Shown here piece by piece: positions 20,027-29,639 of a stretch of DNA of 64,000 bases. The stretch's first letter is position 1. Each line of letters begins with the position of its first letter. The stretch is from an archaeon (GTDB taxonomy: Archaea > Iainarchaeota > Iainarchaeia > Iainarchaeales > 1-14-0-10-31-34). The stretch is taken from positions 114 to 64,113 of the forward strand of contig JBDRFE010000002.1 of assembly GCA_043819075.1 (NCBI GenBank), read 5' to 3'. Position numbers and translations under genes: made by a program. Under the pieces are notes generated by a model. That model did no database searches, was not told the DNA's origin, and saw only the letters and a program-made list of their open reading frames with translations.

Positions 20027-20413
20027 ATGCCAGATAATTCTACTGATTTTATGAGCATTTCAATTAACACAGAATTCATTCCATATGCAATTAACCTGCA
20101 GGACAAAAAACCGGTTGAACTCAACATTCAAGTAATCAACAGGTATAATGCGCCAAAAAAAGTCAACCTTGAAATAACTGCAACAAACCAGATAGGATTC
20201 AACAAAACACTTTCATCCATTGAAAAATTCGAGTTAGGCTTGATTAAGCCAGGGGAAAACAGGGTGGTGAAAGTCAGTGTTGCCCCAAAAAACTTTGCAG
20301 CAAAAGGAGAAGAAAAAATCTCAATTATGGCAACAGAAATAACAGTGGAAGAAACAGGCTACAGCTATCCTTCAAAAAAGTTCAGGAAATTAATTGACAT
20401 AAAGCTGAAATAA
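20027..20413 (+). CDS. hypothetical protein
   Basis: 128-aa ORF with no motif recognised. Confidence 0.4.
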   Translation: MPDNSTDFMSISINTEFIPYAINLQDKKPVELNIQVINRYNAPKKVNLEITATNQIGFNKTLSSIEKFELGLIKPGENRVVKVSVAPKNFAAKGEEKISIMATEITVEETGYSYPSKKFRKLIDIKLK

Positions 20414-20419
20414 AAAAAA

Positions 20420-20608
20420 TTATTTTCTTGGCTTGCCTGGTTTTGACAGTTCCTGCTTAAACTCATCAATGTCTTCTTTGTCGAGACCGAGCTTTGAAAG
20501 CATTTTGCTGTGGTCTTCTGGAGTAAGCTTATCATACCACTCGTGCCAAACCATGTCCTCTGCCTTAGAAATAATTTTCCCTTCAACAGGCTTTCTTGTT
20601 CTGGGCAT
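20420..20608 (-). CDS. small charged hypothetical protein
   Basis: 62-aa ORF, E/K/D-rich. Confidence 0.3.
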   Translation of the reverse strand: MPRTRKPVEGKIISKAEDMVWHEWYDKLTPEDHSKMLSKLGLDKEDIDEFKQELSKPGKPRK

Positions 20609-20701
20609 AATAAAAAAACCTTAAAATAAACTTTAAAATACCTTTCTGTTAAGGGAAAAACTAATAAAAGTATTTAAAGGAATTAAATCATAATCAGTAA
20701 C

Positions 20702-21310
20702 ATGGGAAAAATACTTTCTGACACAGAAAAAAGCCAGAACCTGCTGCTGGTTGTTCCAGACGAAAAATACAGCAGAACAATAAAAAGCCTTGCAAGCGAA
20801 ACCACTTCAAAAAACAAATCATTGTGTTTTGTTTCAGTGAACAAGACAAAAACAGCAATAGAAGAAGAATTAAAAGACAGCAAAATAAACACAGAAAAAA
20901 TTTACTTCATTGACTGCGTAAGCAAAAGCATTTCAAAAGGAAAGATTTCCTGGAGCGACGAAAAAACACAATATATTGACAACCCTAAAAGCCTTACACA
21001 AATCAGCCTTGCAATACTCAAGTCATTTGAGCAAAACAAAATTGATTTCCTTGTGCTGGATTCAGTTAACACACTATTGATTTACAACAGCGAAAACGAT
21101 GTGCTAAAATTTGTGCATCATACAACAGGAAAGCTAAAAGAGAGCGGAAAAACAGGAATATTTATTTACTTAAAGGAAGGGGTAAACGAAAAACTCTTAA
21201 AAAAATTTTCGCAGTTCTTTGACAAAATGATTGAATCAAATCCCCCTGAAAAAAAAGAATTCATAAGAAAAAAAAATTCAATGAGCGGGTTTGAAGAACT
21301 CAAGCTTTAA
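20702..21310 (+). CDS. RecA-superfamily KaiC-like protein lacking Walker A (inactive ATPase-like, DUF835-type)
   Basis: Alternating beta-strand/helix pattern (LLVVPDE, CFVSVNKT, IYFIDCVS, FLVLDSVNTLLIY, GIFIYLKEG) typical of a RecA fold, but no GxxxxGK[ST] motif. Confidence 0.35.
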   Translation: MGKILSDTEKSQNLLLVVPDEKYSRTIKSLASETTSKNKSLCFVSVNKTKTAIEEELKDSKINTEKIYFIDCVSKSISKGKISWSDEKTQYIDNPKSLTQISLAILKSFEQNKIDFLVLDSVNTLLIYNSENDVLKFVHHTTGKLKESGKTGIFIYLKEGVNEKLLKKFSQFFDKMIESNPPEKKEFIRKKNSMSGFEELKL

Positions 21311-21343
21311 GAGAATGTTTAATTAATTAAAAAAAGTTTTTTT

Positions 21344-22027
21344 ATGCACCAGCTATTAAAAAAAATGTTTGCAAGAAAAAAATATCCCAGTGACCAGAGA
21401 AGGATGGGTTTAAGCCGAAGTGAAAGAAACAAACTAGCAAGATTGCTGAAAGAGGTAAGAGCAAACGACAGAAAATACAAAAACACGCGTTCTATAGAAT
21501 ACAGGACAAACAGAAGCATAAAAGAAGTCAGCGACTTGCTTGGGTACAACCTTATTGGGCTTTTAAAGGAAATGATAGAAACTCGCAGAGAAAGAACTTA
21601 CAGGGTTTTGGACATAGGTTGCGGGGAAGGAACTGCGTTAGCTGGCTTAAAAGAAGGCACTGGACCTCAAAAAAAACGAGTTGTAACTTACGGGCTTACT
21701 GCAACAAAACTAAAAAAAGAACAGAAAGGAAAAATAGACAACGTGTTTATAGGCGCTGTTGAAACCAAGCAGTTGCCTAGACAAACATTTGCTTTAGTGT
21801 ATTCTGCCCAAGCCATTTACGCAGATCAGCTTCCAAAAAAAGTGTTAGAAAAAATAGTGCATTCCCTCGTGCACGGGGGAATTTTTATTTCCCACATAAA
21901 TGCTAATTCTGGATTGAGAGAAACACTTGATGGAATGAAAAAACAAGGGAAAATAGATTATGAAATAAAAAAAGGTTTCAACGCATTGAGTGAAACTGTC
22001 GCAATAATCAAAACAAGAAACAACTGA
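21344..22027 (+). CDS. SAM-dependent methyltransferase (class I)
   Basis: VLDIGCGEGTALAGL, a glycine-rich motif I. Confidence 0.6.
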   Translation: MHQLLKKMFARKKYPSDQRRMGLSRSERNKLARLLKEVRANDRKYKNTRSIEYRTNRSIKEVSDLLGYNLIGLLKEMIETRRERTYRVLDIGCGEGTALAGLKEGTGPQKKRVVTYGLTATKLKKEQKGKIDNVFIGAVETKQLPRQTFALVYSAQAIYADQLPKKVLEKIVHSLVHGGIFISHINANSGLRETLDGMKKQGKIDYEIKKGFNALSETVAIIKTRNN

Positions 22028-22047
22028 TTTTAAAAAAGAATAAAAAA

Positions 22048-22836
22048 TCAGTCTTTTTCATTAATCATTTTCAGCAGTTCTTCGTGGACTAAGCCGTTTG
22101 AAGCAAAACAGTCAATCGGCAATGGTTTTAATGCACTTCCATCCGGGTCAGAAACTTTTCCACCCGCTTCCTCTACTAATAACGCGCCAGCACACAAATC
22201 CCAGGGCTTTAAATGGTATTCAAGATAGGAATCAATTCTTCCTGCAGCAACATAAGCTAAATCCAAGGCAGCTGAACCGCTTCTTCGAATGTCTTTTATT
22301 TTGTAAAGCATTCTTCTGACAGCGTTTAAAGTGAACTCCATTTTTTCTCCGCGGTTGTAGGAAAAACCAGTGTTCAACAAAATTTTTATGAGTTCAGAGT
22401 TTTTTGAAACAAAAATTTTTTTTCCGTTCAAAAAAGCGCCTTTTCCTTTTTCTGCAGTAAACAATTCTTTTAAAACAGGGTCAAAAATTACTCCGGCAAT
22501 AGTTTCAGCCTGTTTCTTTAATGCAATTGAAACACAGTAATGCGGGTAATCATGCGCAAAATTAACTGTTCCATCCAATGGATCAATTACCCACAAAAAA
22601 TCAGCTAATTCATATCCTCTCGGGGTTTCTTCTGCAAGAATTTCATGCGAAGGAAAAGATTTGAGAATAGTGTCTTTAATTATTTTTTCTGCTAAAAAAT
22701 CTGCTTCAGTCACAATATCCCTTGGGCCTTTATAGCTTACCTTGGATAAATCAGAGAACTCTCCTTTATGGGAAAGAATTGCTTTTCCTGCTTTTTTTGC
22801 TGCAAGAATTGCTGTCTCCAAAAACAATGACTGCAT
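22048..22836 (-). CDS. inositol monophosphatase / fructose-1,6-bisphosphatase family protein
   Basis: WVIDPLDGTVNFAHDYPHYCVSIAL matches the IMPase DPxDGT and WxIDPxDGT motifs. Probable start at the internal M (MQSLFLETAILAAKKAG). Confidence 0.8.
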   Translation of the reverse strand: MQSLFLETAILAAKKAGKAILSHKGEFSDLSKVSYKGPRDIVTEADFLAEKIIKDTILKSFPSHEILAEETPRGYELADFLWVIDPLDGTVNFAHDYPHYCVSIALKKQAETIAGVIFDPVLKELFTAEKGKGAFLNGKKIFVSKNSELIKILLNTGFSYNRGEKMEFTLNAVRRMLYKIKDIRRSGSAALDLAYVAAGRIDSYLEYHLKPWDLCAGALLVEEAGGKVSDPDGSALKPLPIDCFASNGLVHEELLKMINEKD

Positions 22837-22873
22837 GAAAAAAGAAAAGAACAAAAGAAATTAAAAGAAACTG

Positions 22874-24046
22874 CTAATTGTTTAGGAAAAAGCCGTTGAC
22901 AAACAACACAGTGAAAACAGTTAACAGCAAAACAGAACAAAAAAACAAAATCTTATTAAACAAAGAATTTTTTGATGCAAGCAAAGCCACACTAAAATAC
23001 AAGGGAAACAAAAAACCGATGTATCTTGGAAGACCCTCCAGAGAATTAGTGGACAAATAAAAAAACAACAAAACAGACGGATAAACAACAAAACTCTGCC
23101 TTGCCTTTAAATGAATTAAAAACCAGATAAAAAACAATGCAAGAAAAACCCAAAAGTATACATAAAAGTTAAATAAGTGGAAAACATTATCATAACTCCA
23201 TCTGGTTAAAGTAGTAAAAACTGAAGTGAACTCTCTTTCACTCCAGTCAAACAAAGCTGTCTTGAATGCAAAGGCATTGCCAAACCTTAAATGCAGGAAC
23301 AGCATGAAAGACAGCAAACCAGCTGGAACCAATGCAAGAAAAGCAAGGTCTGGCTTAATTTTTTTCAGCAAAAGCCTTAGATTAAACAAATTAATGTTTT
23401 TGTAAGAACTTAAATTCAGCCCAAAATATTCTATCAGCAAAGGAACAAGGATTAATCCGCCTAAAGGCTTTGTTAAGGCAACAAGAAAACCAAAAACAGA
23501 TGCAGCAAGCCAGTTCTTTTTTAAAGCAAAATAAAAGCAAGCAATGGCTAAAAACAAAAACAAGCCTTCAGCGTAAATAACTGAAAAAAAGAAACTCAAA
23601 GGAGCAAAAGCAGTAAACAAAACAGTTTTTTTTGCAAGAGAATTACTGTAGCCTGCAAGAGAAATTAATTTATAAAACAGGAAAAGCGCAAGAAAAAAAC
23701 TTATGTTTGATATAAGGTAAGCCATTAATTTTGGGCTGCCAAAAAACACTGAAAAAATTTTTATAAGCAAAGGATACAAGGGAAAAAAAGCAACAGTAGA
23801 GAATTCTCCCGGAATAAAAGAATAGCCTTTTTCTACAATAGAAATATACCAGCCAGAATCCCAGGCAAAAAACAAGTCAAGCAAAGAATTAGGCTGAACA
23901 AAAAACTTTCCTTTCTGGAAAAAAAACAATGAAGCAAAGCCGACAAAAAAAATGAACAGCCGTGAAGCAAGGAAAATTAAAAAAATTTCTTTAAACAGAT
24001 TTTTCTCTTTTGAAACAAAACCCTGTAAATTCATGAAAAAACCCAA
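22874..24046 (-). CDS. polytopic membrane protein, possible GT-C-type glycosyltransferase (PMT/PIG-V-like)
   Basis: 390 aa with about 10 predicted TM segments and a YAEGLFLFL motif. Confidence 0.35.
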   Translation of the reverse strand: MGFFMNLQGFVSKEKNLFKEIFLIFLASRLFIFFVGFASLFFFQKGKFFVQPNSLLDLFFAWDSGWYISIVEKGYSFIPGEFSTVAFFPLYPLLIKIFSVFFGSPKLMAYLISNISFFLALFLFYKLISLAGYSNSLAKKTVLFTAFAPLSFFFSVIYAEGLFLFLAIACFYFALKKNWLAASVFGFLVALTKPLGGLILVPLLIEYFGLNLSSYKNINLFNLRLLLKKIKPDLAFLALVPAGLLSFMLFLHLRFGNAFAFKTALFDWSEREFTSVFTTLTRWSYDNVFHLFNFYVYFWVFLALFFIWFLIHLKARQSFVVYPSVLLFFYLSTNSLEGLPRYIGFLFPLYFSVALLASKNSLFNKILFFCSVLLLTVFTVLFVNGFFLNN

Positions 24047-24289
24047 AGATAATCAAAAAGAAACAAAACAGGTTAAAAAGAAAACCTGATGGCAGCCAAA
24101 AAAAACCAACAGTTATGTAGCCAATTACATACATAATTGTTGAATTTTTTGTATTTTTTGCTGCAAAAACTCCCCTAACCTGAAAACTGCTTTTAATGGC
24201 TTTAAATGCCTTAAAACAAGTGTTTAACAAAGTCTTGGCTGAAACTGGTTTAAAAAAATGCAATTTATTTGAAGTTTAAGGAATTCTTG

Positions 24290-24540
24290 TTTAATCAGGC
24301 GAATTTTTCGGGTTTAGTGGCTTTTCTTGTATGGCATTTGACTCAAACAGGCTTTGTTTTGCCCTTGTTTTTCTGGCCTGTTTTTTTCCGGTTTTTTGGC
24401 TGTTTTTTTGCTGTTTTCTGGTTAAGCGAATAAAGGAATTGTTTTTGTTTTTTCTCAGAATTTTTGCAAAATTTTTCCACAAAACCGTTTTTTTAGCCAC
24501 TTTGCAGCCATTGTTTTTTTGGGTTTTTTGAGCCATTCCC
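24290..24540 (+). repeat. phased oligo-T tracts (about 11-bp periodicity) - intrinsically curved DNA, candidate island boundary
   Basis: ggcctgTTTTTTTccggTTTTTTggctgTTTTTTTgctgTTTTctgg and further T5-T8 runs spaced about 10-11 bp apart. Non-coding. Confidence 0.5.
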
Positions 24541-24990
24541 GGAAACGCCTTAGTTGTATACATAACCCTTTGGCTTGCTGGTTCCCTCACCCAGCCCCGT
24601 TGTTTTTCACACCACCACCCCCTACTTCCACTAAAATTCAGTTTTGACGATTTCTGATAAAGTTCCCTCTATGAGATTCGGTATAATCTGTATTATGGCG
24701 CATCCTGAAAACAAAAAATGCCCTAAAATAAGGCAAGGAAAAGGCGAATCTAGGGCACACGCCAGCAGTATCGGCGATTTTAAGCAGTTTTTTAGTTTTT
24801 ATGCCTTAAAATCAGAAATTAACTTTGAATAGTTATTGTTGCGCCAGAGCCGTTTTTGGCTGGTTGGCAGAGCGATTAGCGGGACGCGGTTAGCGGCACA
24901 ACAACACCTTGGTTATGTAGAAGATTGAGTGGTTTTGGTTTTGGAAAACAAATATAAATTCAATTAAACCCTTGTTATTAAGTTGATTGT

Positions 24991-25422
24991 ATGCCTACAA
25001 GAATAAAATTTTCACTCAAAAAGTATGCTGCTGCCGTTTTCAAGCCAAGCAGAAAAACAATTAAAGCAGTTAAAGCCGGTTTAAAGAAACCTGGAACAAT
25101 TAAAAGGCGGGTGTCTAATGAAAACACAGCGAATTCAATGGCAATAAAAATTGGATTAGATGCGTTTGGAATTAAAGACCATGAAACAAGGACAAGAATT
25201 AAAAGAAAATTATCAGCCCATTTTGACAGAGTAAAGCTGATTCACCATAAGGGAAAAAACAGTTTAGAAAACCACAAAAAACTATCGGAATCGGAAAACC
25301 GTGCGAAAAGAGAAATAACAGGAATGCTGGGTGGCGCAAAAAACGCTTACAAGGCCACAATACTTGTCACCAGTGTTGAAGCAAAAAGGCACCTGATAAA
25401 AGCAAAATTAGATAAAAAATGA
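24991..25422 (+). CDS. hypothetical basic (K/R-rich) protein, possibly nucleic-acid binding
   Basis: 143-aa ORF with pI clearly high and no motif recognised. Confidence 0.4.
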   Translation: MPTRIKFSLKKYAAAVFKPSRKTIKAVKAGLKKPGTIKRRVSNENTANSMAIKIGLDAFGIKDHETRTRIKRKLSAHFDRVKLIHHKGKNSLENHKKLSESENRAKREITGMLGGAKNAYKATILVTSVEAKRHLIKAKLDKK

Positions 25423-25429
25423 TTTTAGT

Positions 25430-25624
25430 TCAGTCTTCAAACTCAAAAATCTTTTCTATTGGTTCATTAAACACTTTAGCAATATCATAAGCTAATTTAA
25501 GGGAAGGATTATACTTTCCCTGCTCTAAAAAGACAATTGTTTCTCTCCTCACCTGCACGATTTTAGCTAATTGTTCTTGGGTTAAATTATATTTTGCCCT
25601 GAACTCTTTAATGCGGGTTTTCAT
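25430..25624 (-). CDS. XRE-family helix-turn-helix transcriptional regulator
   Basis: [39 protein letters not shown] is a classic Cro/C1 HTH. 64 aa. Confidence 0.8.
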   Translation of the reverse strand: MKTRIKEFRAKYNLTQEQLAKIVQVRRETIVFLEQGKYNPSLKLAYDIAKVFNEPIEKIFEFED

Positions 25625-26052
25625 TGAACATTCCCTTTATGGGTTAAATACAAAGCCGAAGCCATGAAAACTATTGCAGAAATTAAAATAATCATTTCAG
25701 CTGTCCTGTCTGCATCTAAAACAGGCCAGAAAACATTGTCTAAAGCAAAAGAATTGTAAAACATTGTTCCTAATGCCCCATAGATTGCGGCAAAAAAACC
25801 ATAATAACCTGCTTTAATTAAAGCCTTTTTTGATAACTCGTCTTCTGCCGGCAGCCCCTGCTTGACTGCTTTAGCTCTGTTCCAAAATAAGTAAACTGCG
25901 CCAAAAACCAGCAAAAGCACTATTACAGGCAAAGAAATTTCAGCAAAACCAATTGAACCTGCATTAACCAGCCAGGCAAGCAATCCAGCAACAACTAAAA
26001 CCGAAATAATTAACCCAAAAACAATTTTTATTCTGTCATTCAACCAAAACAA
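25621..26052 (-). CDS. membrane protein co-transcribed with the XRE regulator (DUF2178-like, 4 TM)
   Basis: Four hydrophobic helices. A 4-bp overlap with the downstream HTH gene. Confidence 0.5.
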   Translation of the reverse strand: MFWLNDRIKIVFGLIISVLVVAGLLAWLVNAGSIGFAEISLPVIVLLLVFGAVYLFWNRAKAVKQGLPAEDELSKKALIKAGYYGFFAAIYGALGTMFYNSFALDNVFWPVLDADRTAEMIILISAIVFMASALYLTHKGNVQ

Positions 26053-26219
26053 CCCCTGTGTTAGAAAAACACAACTTAATGTTAGATTTATATAACAACT
26101 AGTATTTATTTGTTTTTATCTCAATGGCTTTGTTGGTTAAGCCATAAAATAAGCTGTTTGATTAGCCGGGCAGTTAGCTGATGCCTGGCTAAAAGCTTAT
26201 TAATCCAAAAAAACTAGTT

Positions 26220-27527
26220 TTGTTTGTTATTATGAAACAAAAAATGTTTGTTGTTGGCTTTCTTTTTGTTTTGTTGTTTTTCTTTGGCTGCACAGATTTT
26301 CTAAAAGAAATTGAATCTAATGCAGGCAAAGACTTTGATTTTTTTGGAAGCGACGCCAATCTTTTTGACGAAAATTTTCTCTGGAATGACGTTAATTTTT
26401 TTGATGAACTCAACAAAATGGGTTTTTGCCCTGAAGGCCAAAGAAGTTTTGAAGGAAAATGCATTCCAATAGTCAAGTGCGCAGACAACACTCTTGAACC
26501 CGATTGTTCTCTGAAAAAACCTTTTCAGTGCATTAAAGGAGAACTTGTTGAAAACATTTTTTTGTGCGGCTGCCCTTTGGACTTCAAACAGGATAACAAT
26601 AAATGCGTTGAAATCCAGCGCTGCCAGGACGGCACAGAATACGGAACTTGTAGCTCGGTCAAGCCTGTTTTTTGTGAAAACAACAAGCTTATAAATAAAG
26701 CAAGTTTTTGCGGCTGCCCTGAATTCAATAAAATTAATGCTGAAGCCTGTGAATTTGATTTCAGCATAAAATCAATTCAAAGAAAATTTGATTTTGTGCT
26801 TAAAGGAGAAAAAAAATTGTTTTTGTTTTCCATGCAGGCTGAACTCAAAAAACAGCTTGCAGGAATTTCAAGAACAAATTACTGTAATCCTGACTGCCCG
26901 ACAGACAAAGAACTGATTTTAAGGTTTTTAGACGAAAAAAGCCAAAGAAAGGAATTGCTGAAGCTGGTTGAATTGATTAAAGAACAGTCCAATGAACCAG
27001 ATGACAGGGCAAGAATCGCAGTCAGTTTAGTGCAAAGAATTCCTTATGACTGGACAAAATTTACTGCAGAAAGGTCGCAGGAAAGATATCCTTTCGAGGT
27101 TTTGTTTGATTACAGGGGGGTGTGCGGGGAAAAATCAAAACTGCTTGTTTTTTTGCTCCAGGAATTAGGTTATGGCACTGCAATCTTTGACTTTAAAGCA
27201 GAAAACCACTGGGCTGTCGGAATAAAATGCCCTTTAAAATACAGTTATAAAAACTCAGGTTATTGTTTTGTTGAATCAACCACTCCGACAATAATCACTG
27301 ACTTTAACGGAGATTATGTTGGTGTTGGAAAACTGGTGTCTGAGCCAAAAATAACTGAATTAAGCGACGGCAATTCTTTTGACAGCGTTTCAGAGGAATA
27401 CCAGGATTTAGCTGAACTCACAGAACTAAATCAACTTAAATCAATGAACTTCGCTGAATACGAGAGATGGCTGGAAATAACCAAAAAATATGGTTTGGTG
27501 GATTCAGATGAAACGAAATCAAGCTGA
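26220..27527 (+). CDS. secreted/lipoprotein Cys-rich protein with C-terminal transglutaminase-like cysteine-protease domain
   Basis: Signal peptide plus LFFFGC lipobox-like. Repeated C-x-C-P and EGF-like cysteine spacing. The C-terminus has GVCGEKSKL (Cys), NHWAVG (His-x-Trp) and CFVEST, consistent with the transglutaminase-like catalytic core. Confidence 0.5.
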   Translation: MFVIMKQKMFVVGFLFVLLFFFGCTDFLKEIESNAGKDFDFFGSDANLFDENFLWNDVNFFDELNKMGFCPEGQRSFEGKCIPIVKCADNTLEPDCSLKKPFQCIKGELVENIFLCGCPLDFKQDNNKCVEIQRCQDGTEYGTCSSVKPVFCENNKLINKASFCGCPEFNKINAEACEFDFSIKSIQRKFDFVLKGEKKLFLFSMQAELKKQLAGISRTNYCNPDCPTDKELILRFLDEKSQRKELLKLVELIKEQSNEPDDRARIAVSLVQRIPYDWTKFTAERSQERYPFEVLFDYRGVCGEKSKLLVFLLQELGYGTAIFDFKAENHWAVGIKCPLKYSYKNSGYCFVESTTPTIITDFNGDYVGVGKLVSEPKITELSDGNSFDSVSEEYQDLAELTELNQLKSMNFAEYERWLEITKKYGLVDSDETKSS

Positions 27528-27593
27528 ATTATTTGTTTTTTCAGTCTAAAAAAGTATCATTTTTCTGAAAACACGCAAGTTTAATGCATTAAG

Positions 27594-28040
27594 CTATTCT
27601 CTTTGATAAGTTCCCATTAACTCGCCTTGGGCTAAAAGCCTTCCTTTCATTGCTTTCTCTAAATCTGTTTTAGTTGAGCCTTCTTTCAGGCTTAAATTCG
27701 AGTCTAATGCATAAACCTTGAAGTAATACTTGTGGGTTCCGCTTGGCGGGCAGGGGCCGTGAAATTCAAGGCTTGCTGCGCTATTTGTTCCTTGCACCCC
27801 GGGAACAGAGTTTTCTTGGATTGTTTTTGTTTTTCCTTCAACAGGAATATTCCATACAACCCAGTGCGTCCAAACCCCACCTGGCGCATCAGGGTCGTCT
27901 ACAATTAACGCAAGGCTTGCGGTTTTTTCCGGAATGCCTGAAATCATTATTTCAGGATTAAAGTCTGTTCCGTCACAAGAATATTTTGCCGGAATAGCTT
28001 TTCCTGAAGAAAAAGCATTAGTTGAAACTTTTAACTTCAT
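27594..28040 (-). CDS. phosphatidylethanolamine-binding protein (PEBP / YbhB-YbcL family)
   Basis: DPDAPGGVWTHWVVWNIP and YYFKVYALD match PEBP signatures. Probable start at MKLKVST, preceded by GGAGGG. Confidence 0.8.
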   Translation of the reverse strand: MKLKVSTNAFSSGKAIPAKYSCDGTDFNPEIMISGIPEKTASLALIVDDPDAPGGVWTHWVVWNIPVEGKTKTIQENSVPGVQGTNSAASLEFHGPCPPSGTHKYYFKVYALDSNLSLKEGSTKTDLEKAMKGRLLAQGELMGTYQRE

Positions 28041-28187
28041 TTTATCCCCCTCCTTGGTTTTGTGATTGCACACAGCCTGAAAGCAGGACAAAAGGCACAA
28101 AAAATTTTTTCATTACAATAAAGAACCGGATTCAAAGTTGTTTTAAGCACAAAAACACAGAAAATTATGTATAAAGTGGTTTTTGTT

Positions 28188-28652
28188 TTAGTTTAATACA
28201 AAAACAAAGTAATTCAGCACTGCGGCAAAACTCACCCACAAAATATACGGGATTAACAAATATGCTGCTCTTTTGTCAATTGAATAAAATTCTTTTATTG
28301 TTAATACAATGAAAACCCATAACAAAACTATTCCTGCCAGGCCAAGCACCGGGCTTCTTAAGCCAAAAAACAGAATTGACCACAAAGCATTCAATCCAAG
28401 CTGGATGTAAAAAAAATTAACCGCTTTATTATTTTCTTTTAATCCTTTTTCCCAGACCAAGAAAAAAGCTATTCCCATTAAAGTATACAAAATTAACCAG
28501 ACTGGCGCAAAAAGCCAGTTTGGCGGAGAAAAAAATGGTTTGTTCAGGAAAGCATACCATTCAGTTATTGCTGAAAAAGTGAAAACCGAACCAACAATTC
28601 CTGCCAGCTGGCACAAAACAATTGAAGCAAGCGCTTTGGTTATTTTGTTCAT
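28188..28652 (-). CDS. tspO: TspO/MBR family tryptophan-rich sensory protein
   Basis: WYAFLNKPFFSPPNWLFAPVWLILYTLMGIAFFLVW and five TM helices. Probable start at MNKITKA. Confidence 0.8.
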   Translation of the reverse strand: MNKITKALASIVLCQLAGIVGSVFTFSAITEWYAFLNKPFFSPPNWLFAPVWLILYTLMGIAFFLVWEKGLKENNKAVNFFYIQLGLNALWSILFFGLRSPVLGLAGIVLLWVFIVLTIKEFYSIDKRAAYLLIPYILWVSFAAVLNYFVFVLN

Positions 28653-28747
28653 CACTAATAATGTGTTCGAACTTTTATTTATTCTTTCACAAAACCCAGA
28701 GTTATGTATAAACAAAGCTTTTTTAATTTCAATCCCGTTTCTTTTCT

Positions 28748-29092
28748 ATGACTTCAGTTAATTTTGTGTTAGGGGTTTTGCTTGATATTGTTGTCTTGTT
28801 TTATGCTGCAAAATTTTTGGGGATTCCAGGAAGAACTTCTGTCAAGGCATTAACTGCCACGCTTGTTTCTGCTTTAATCGGCTTTTTCGTCGGAGATGTT
28901 TTAATCAGAATAATTTTTTCTCCTTTAATTTCTTTCCTGCTTTTGCTTGCTCCGTTAGTCTTAATCTCAATTATTTTTTTAAGGCTGTTTGTAATCAAAT
29001 TTGTTTATAAAATTGGTTTTGGCTCTGCTTTTGGTTTATGGCTTGTCTCCGCCGTAATTTCAGTTATTGTTTCTTTTTGGCTGCCTTTCTGA
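28748..29092 (+). CDS. small membrane protein (hypothetical)
   Basis: 114 aa, 3-4 TM segments. Confidence 0.4.
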   Translation: MTSVNFVLGVLLDIVVLFYAAKFLGIPGRTSVKALTATLVSALIGFFVGDVLIRIIFSPLISFLLLLAPLVLISIIFLRLFVIKFVYKIGFGSAFGLWLVSAVISVIVSFWLPF

Positions 29093-29144
29093 AAAAACAG
29101 TAAATTTAATAATTCCTTTAACTATGATTTAGTTTGGTGGTTTT

Positions 29145-29639
29145 TTGTTTAAAGAATACTTTAAGGAAGGTTTGATTGTTTTAGTTCTTGCTTTAGTTCT
29201 AAGTTTTTTGATTGAATTTATTCCTGAACCAGAAATAACAAAAGAAACAATTTATTCTCCTGCAATAATGCTTTTAGGATTAATTGCTTTAATTCTGCCC
29301 GCAATTGCTGCAATCCCTGGAGGCTATTTAATTGCAAAAAAAACTAAAGAAGCAAAACCAACCCTAGGGGTTCCTGCTGTTGCAGTTGCTTTGGCCGGCT
29401 TTTTATTAATTTCTTTTTCTATTGTCCAGGTTTCTTTTGCATCTGATGCTGAACTGCAAAAAGAATTAGATGAAGTAAAAGAATTAGATTTGGGAATGTT
29501 TGACGACTTTACGGCGCAGGAGTTCAGGGATTTCACTCTGGCTTCTTCTGCAATTGGCTTAATTTTTATTATGATCTTTAATTTTGCTTTGGGTTTGGGG
29601 GGGGCATTTATCGGAAAATACTTTGCTGGAAAAAATTAA
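29145..29639 (+). CDS. membrane protein (hypothetical)
   Basis: 164 aa, 4 TM segments with an acidic loop. Confidence 0.4.
   Translation: MFKEYFKEGLIVLVLALVLSFLIEFIPEPEITKETIYSPAIMLLGLIALILPAIAAIPGGYLIAKKTKEAKPTLGVPAVAVALAGFLLISFSIVQVSFASDAELQKELDEVKELDLGMFDDFTAQEFRDFTLASSAIGLIFIMIFNFALGLGGAFIGKYFAGKN

Noticed and set aside
24630-24700. Possible C/D-box sRNA (TGACGA...TCTGA...ATGAGA elements)
   Set aside because: The box spacing leaves no room for guide sequences, and there is no terminal stem. It is probably coincidental.
24840-24900. A copy of the tRNAi 3' end marking the distal att site of the putative island (gcgccagagccg...ttagcgggacgcggttagcggcac)
   Set aside because: It shares only a 7-nt TAGCGGG with the tRNA 3' end, which is insufficient to call an attachment-site repeat.
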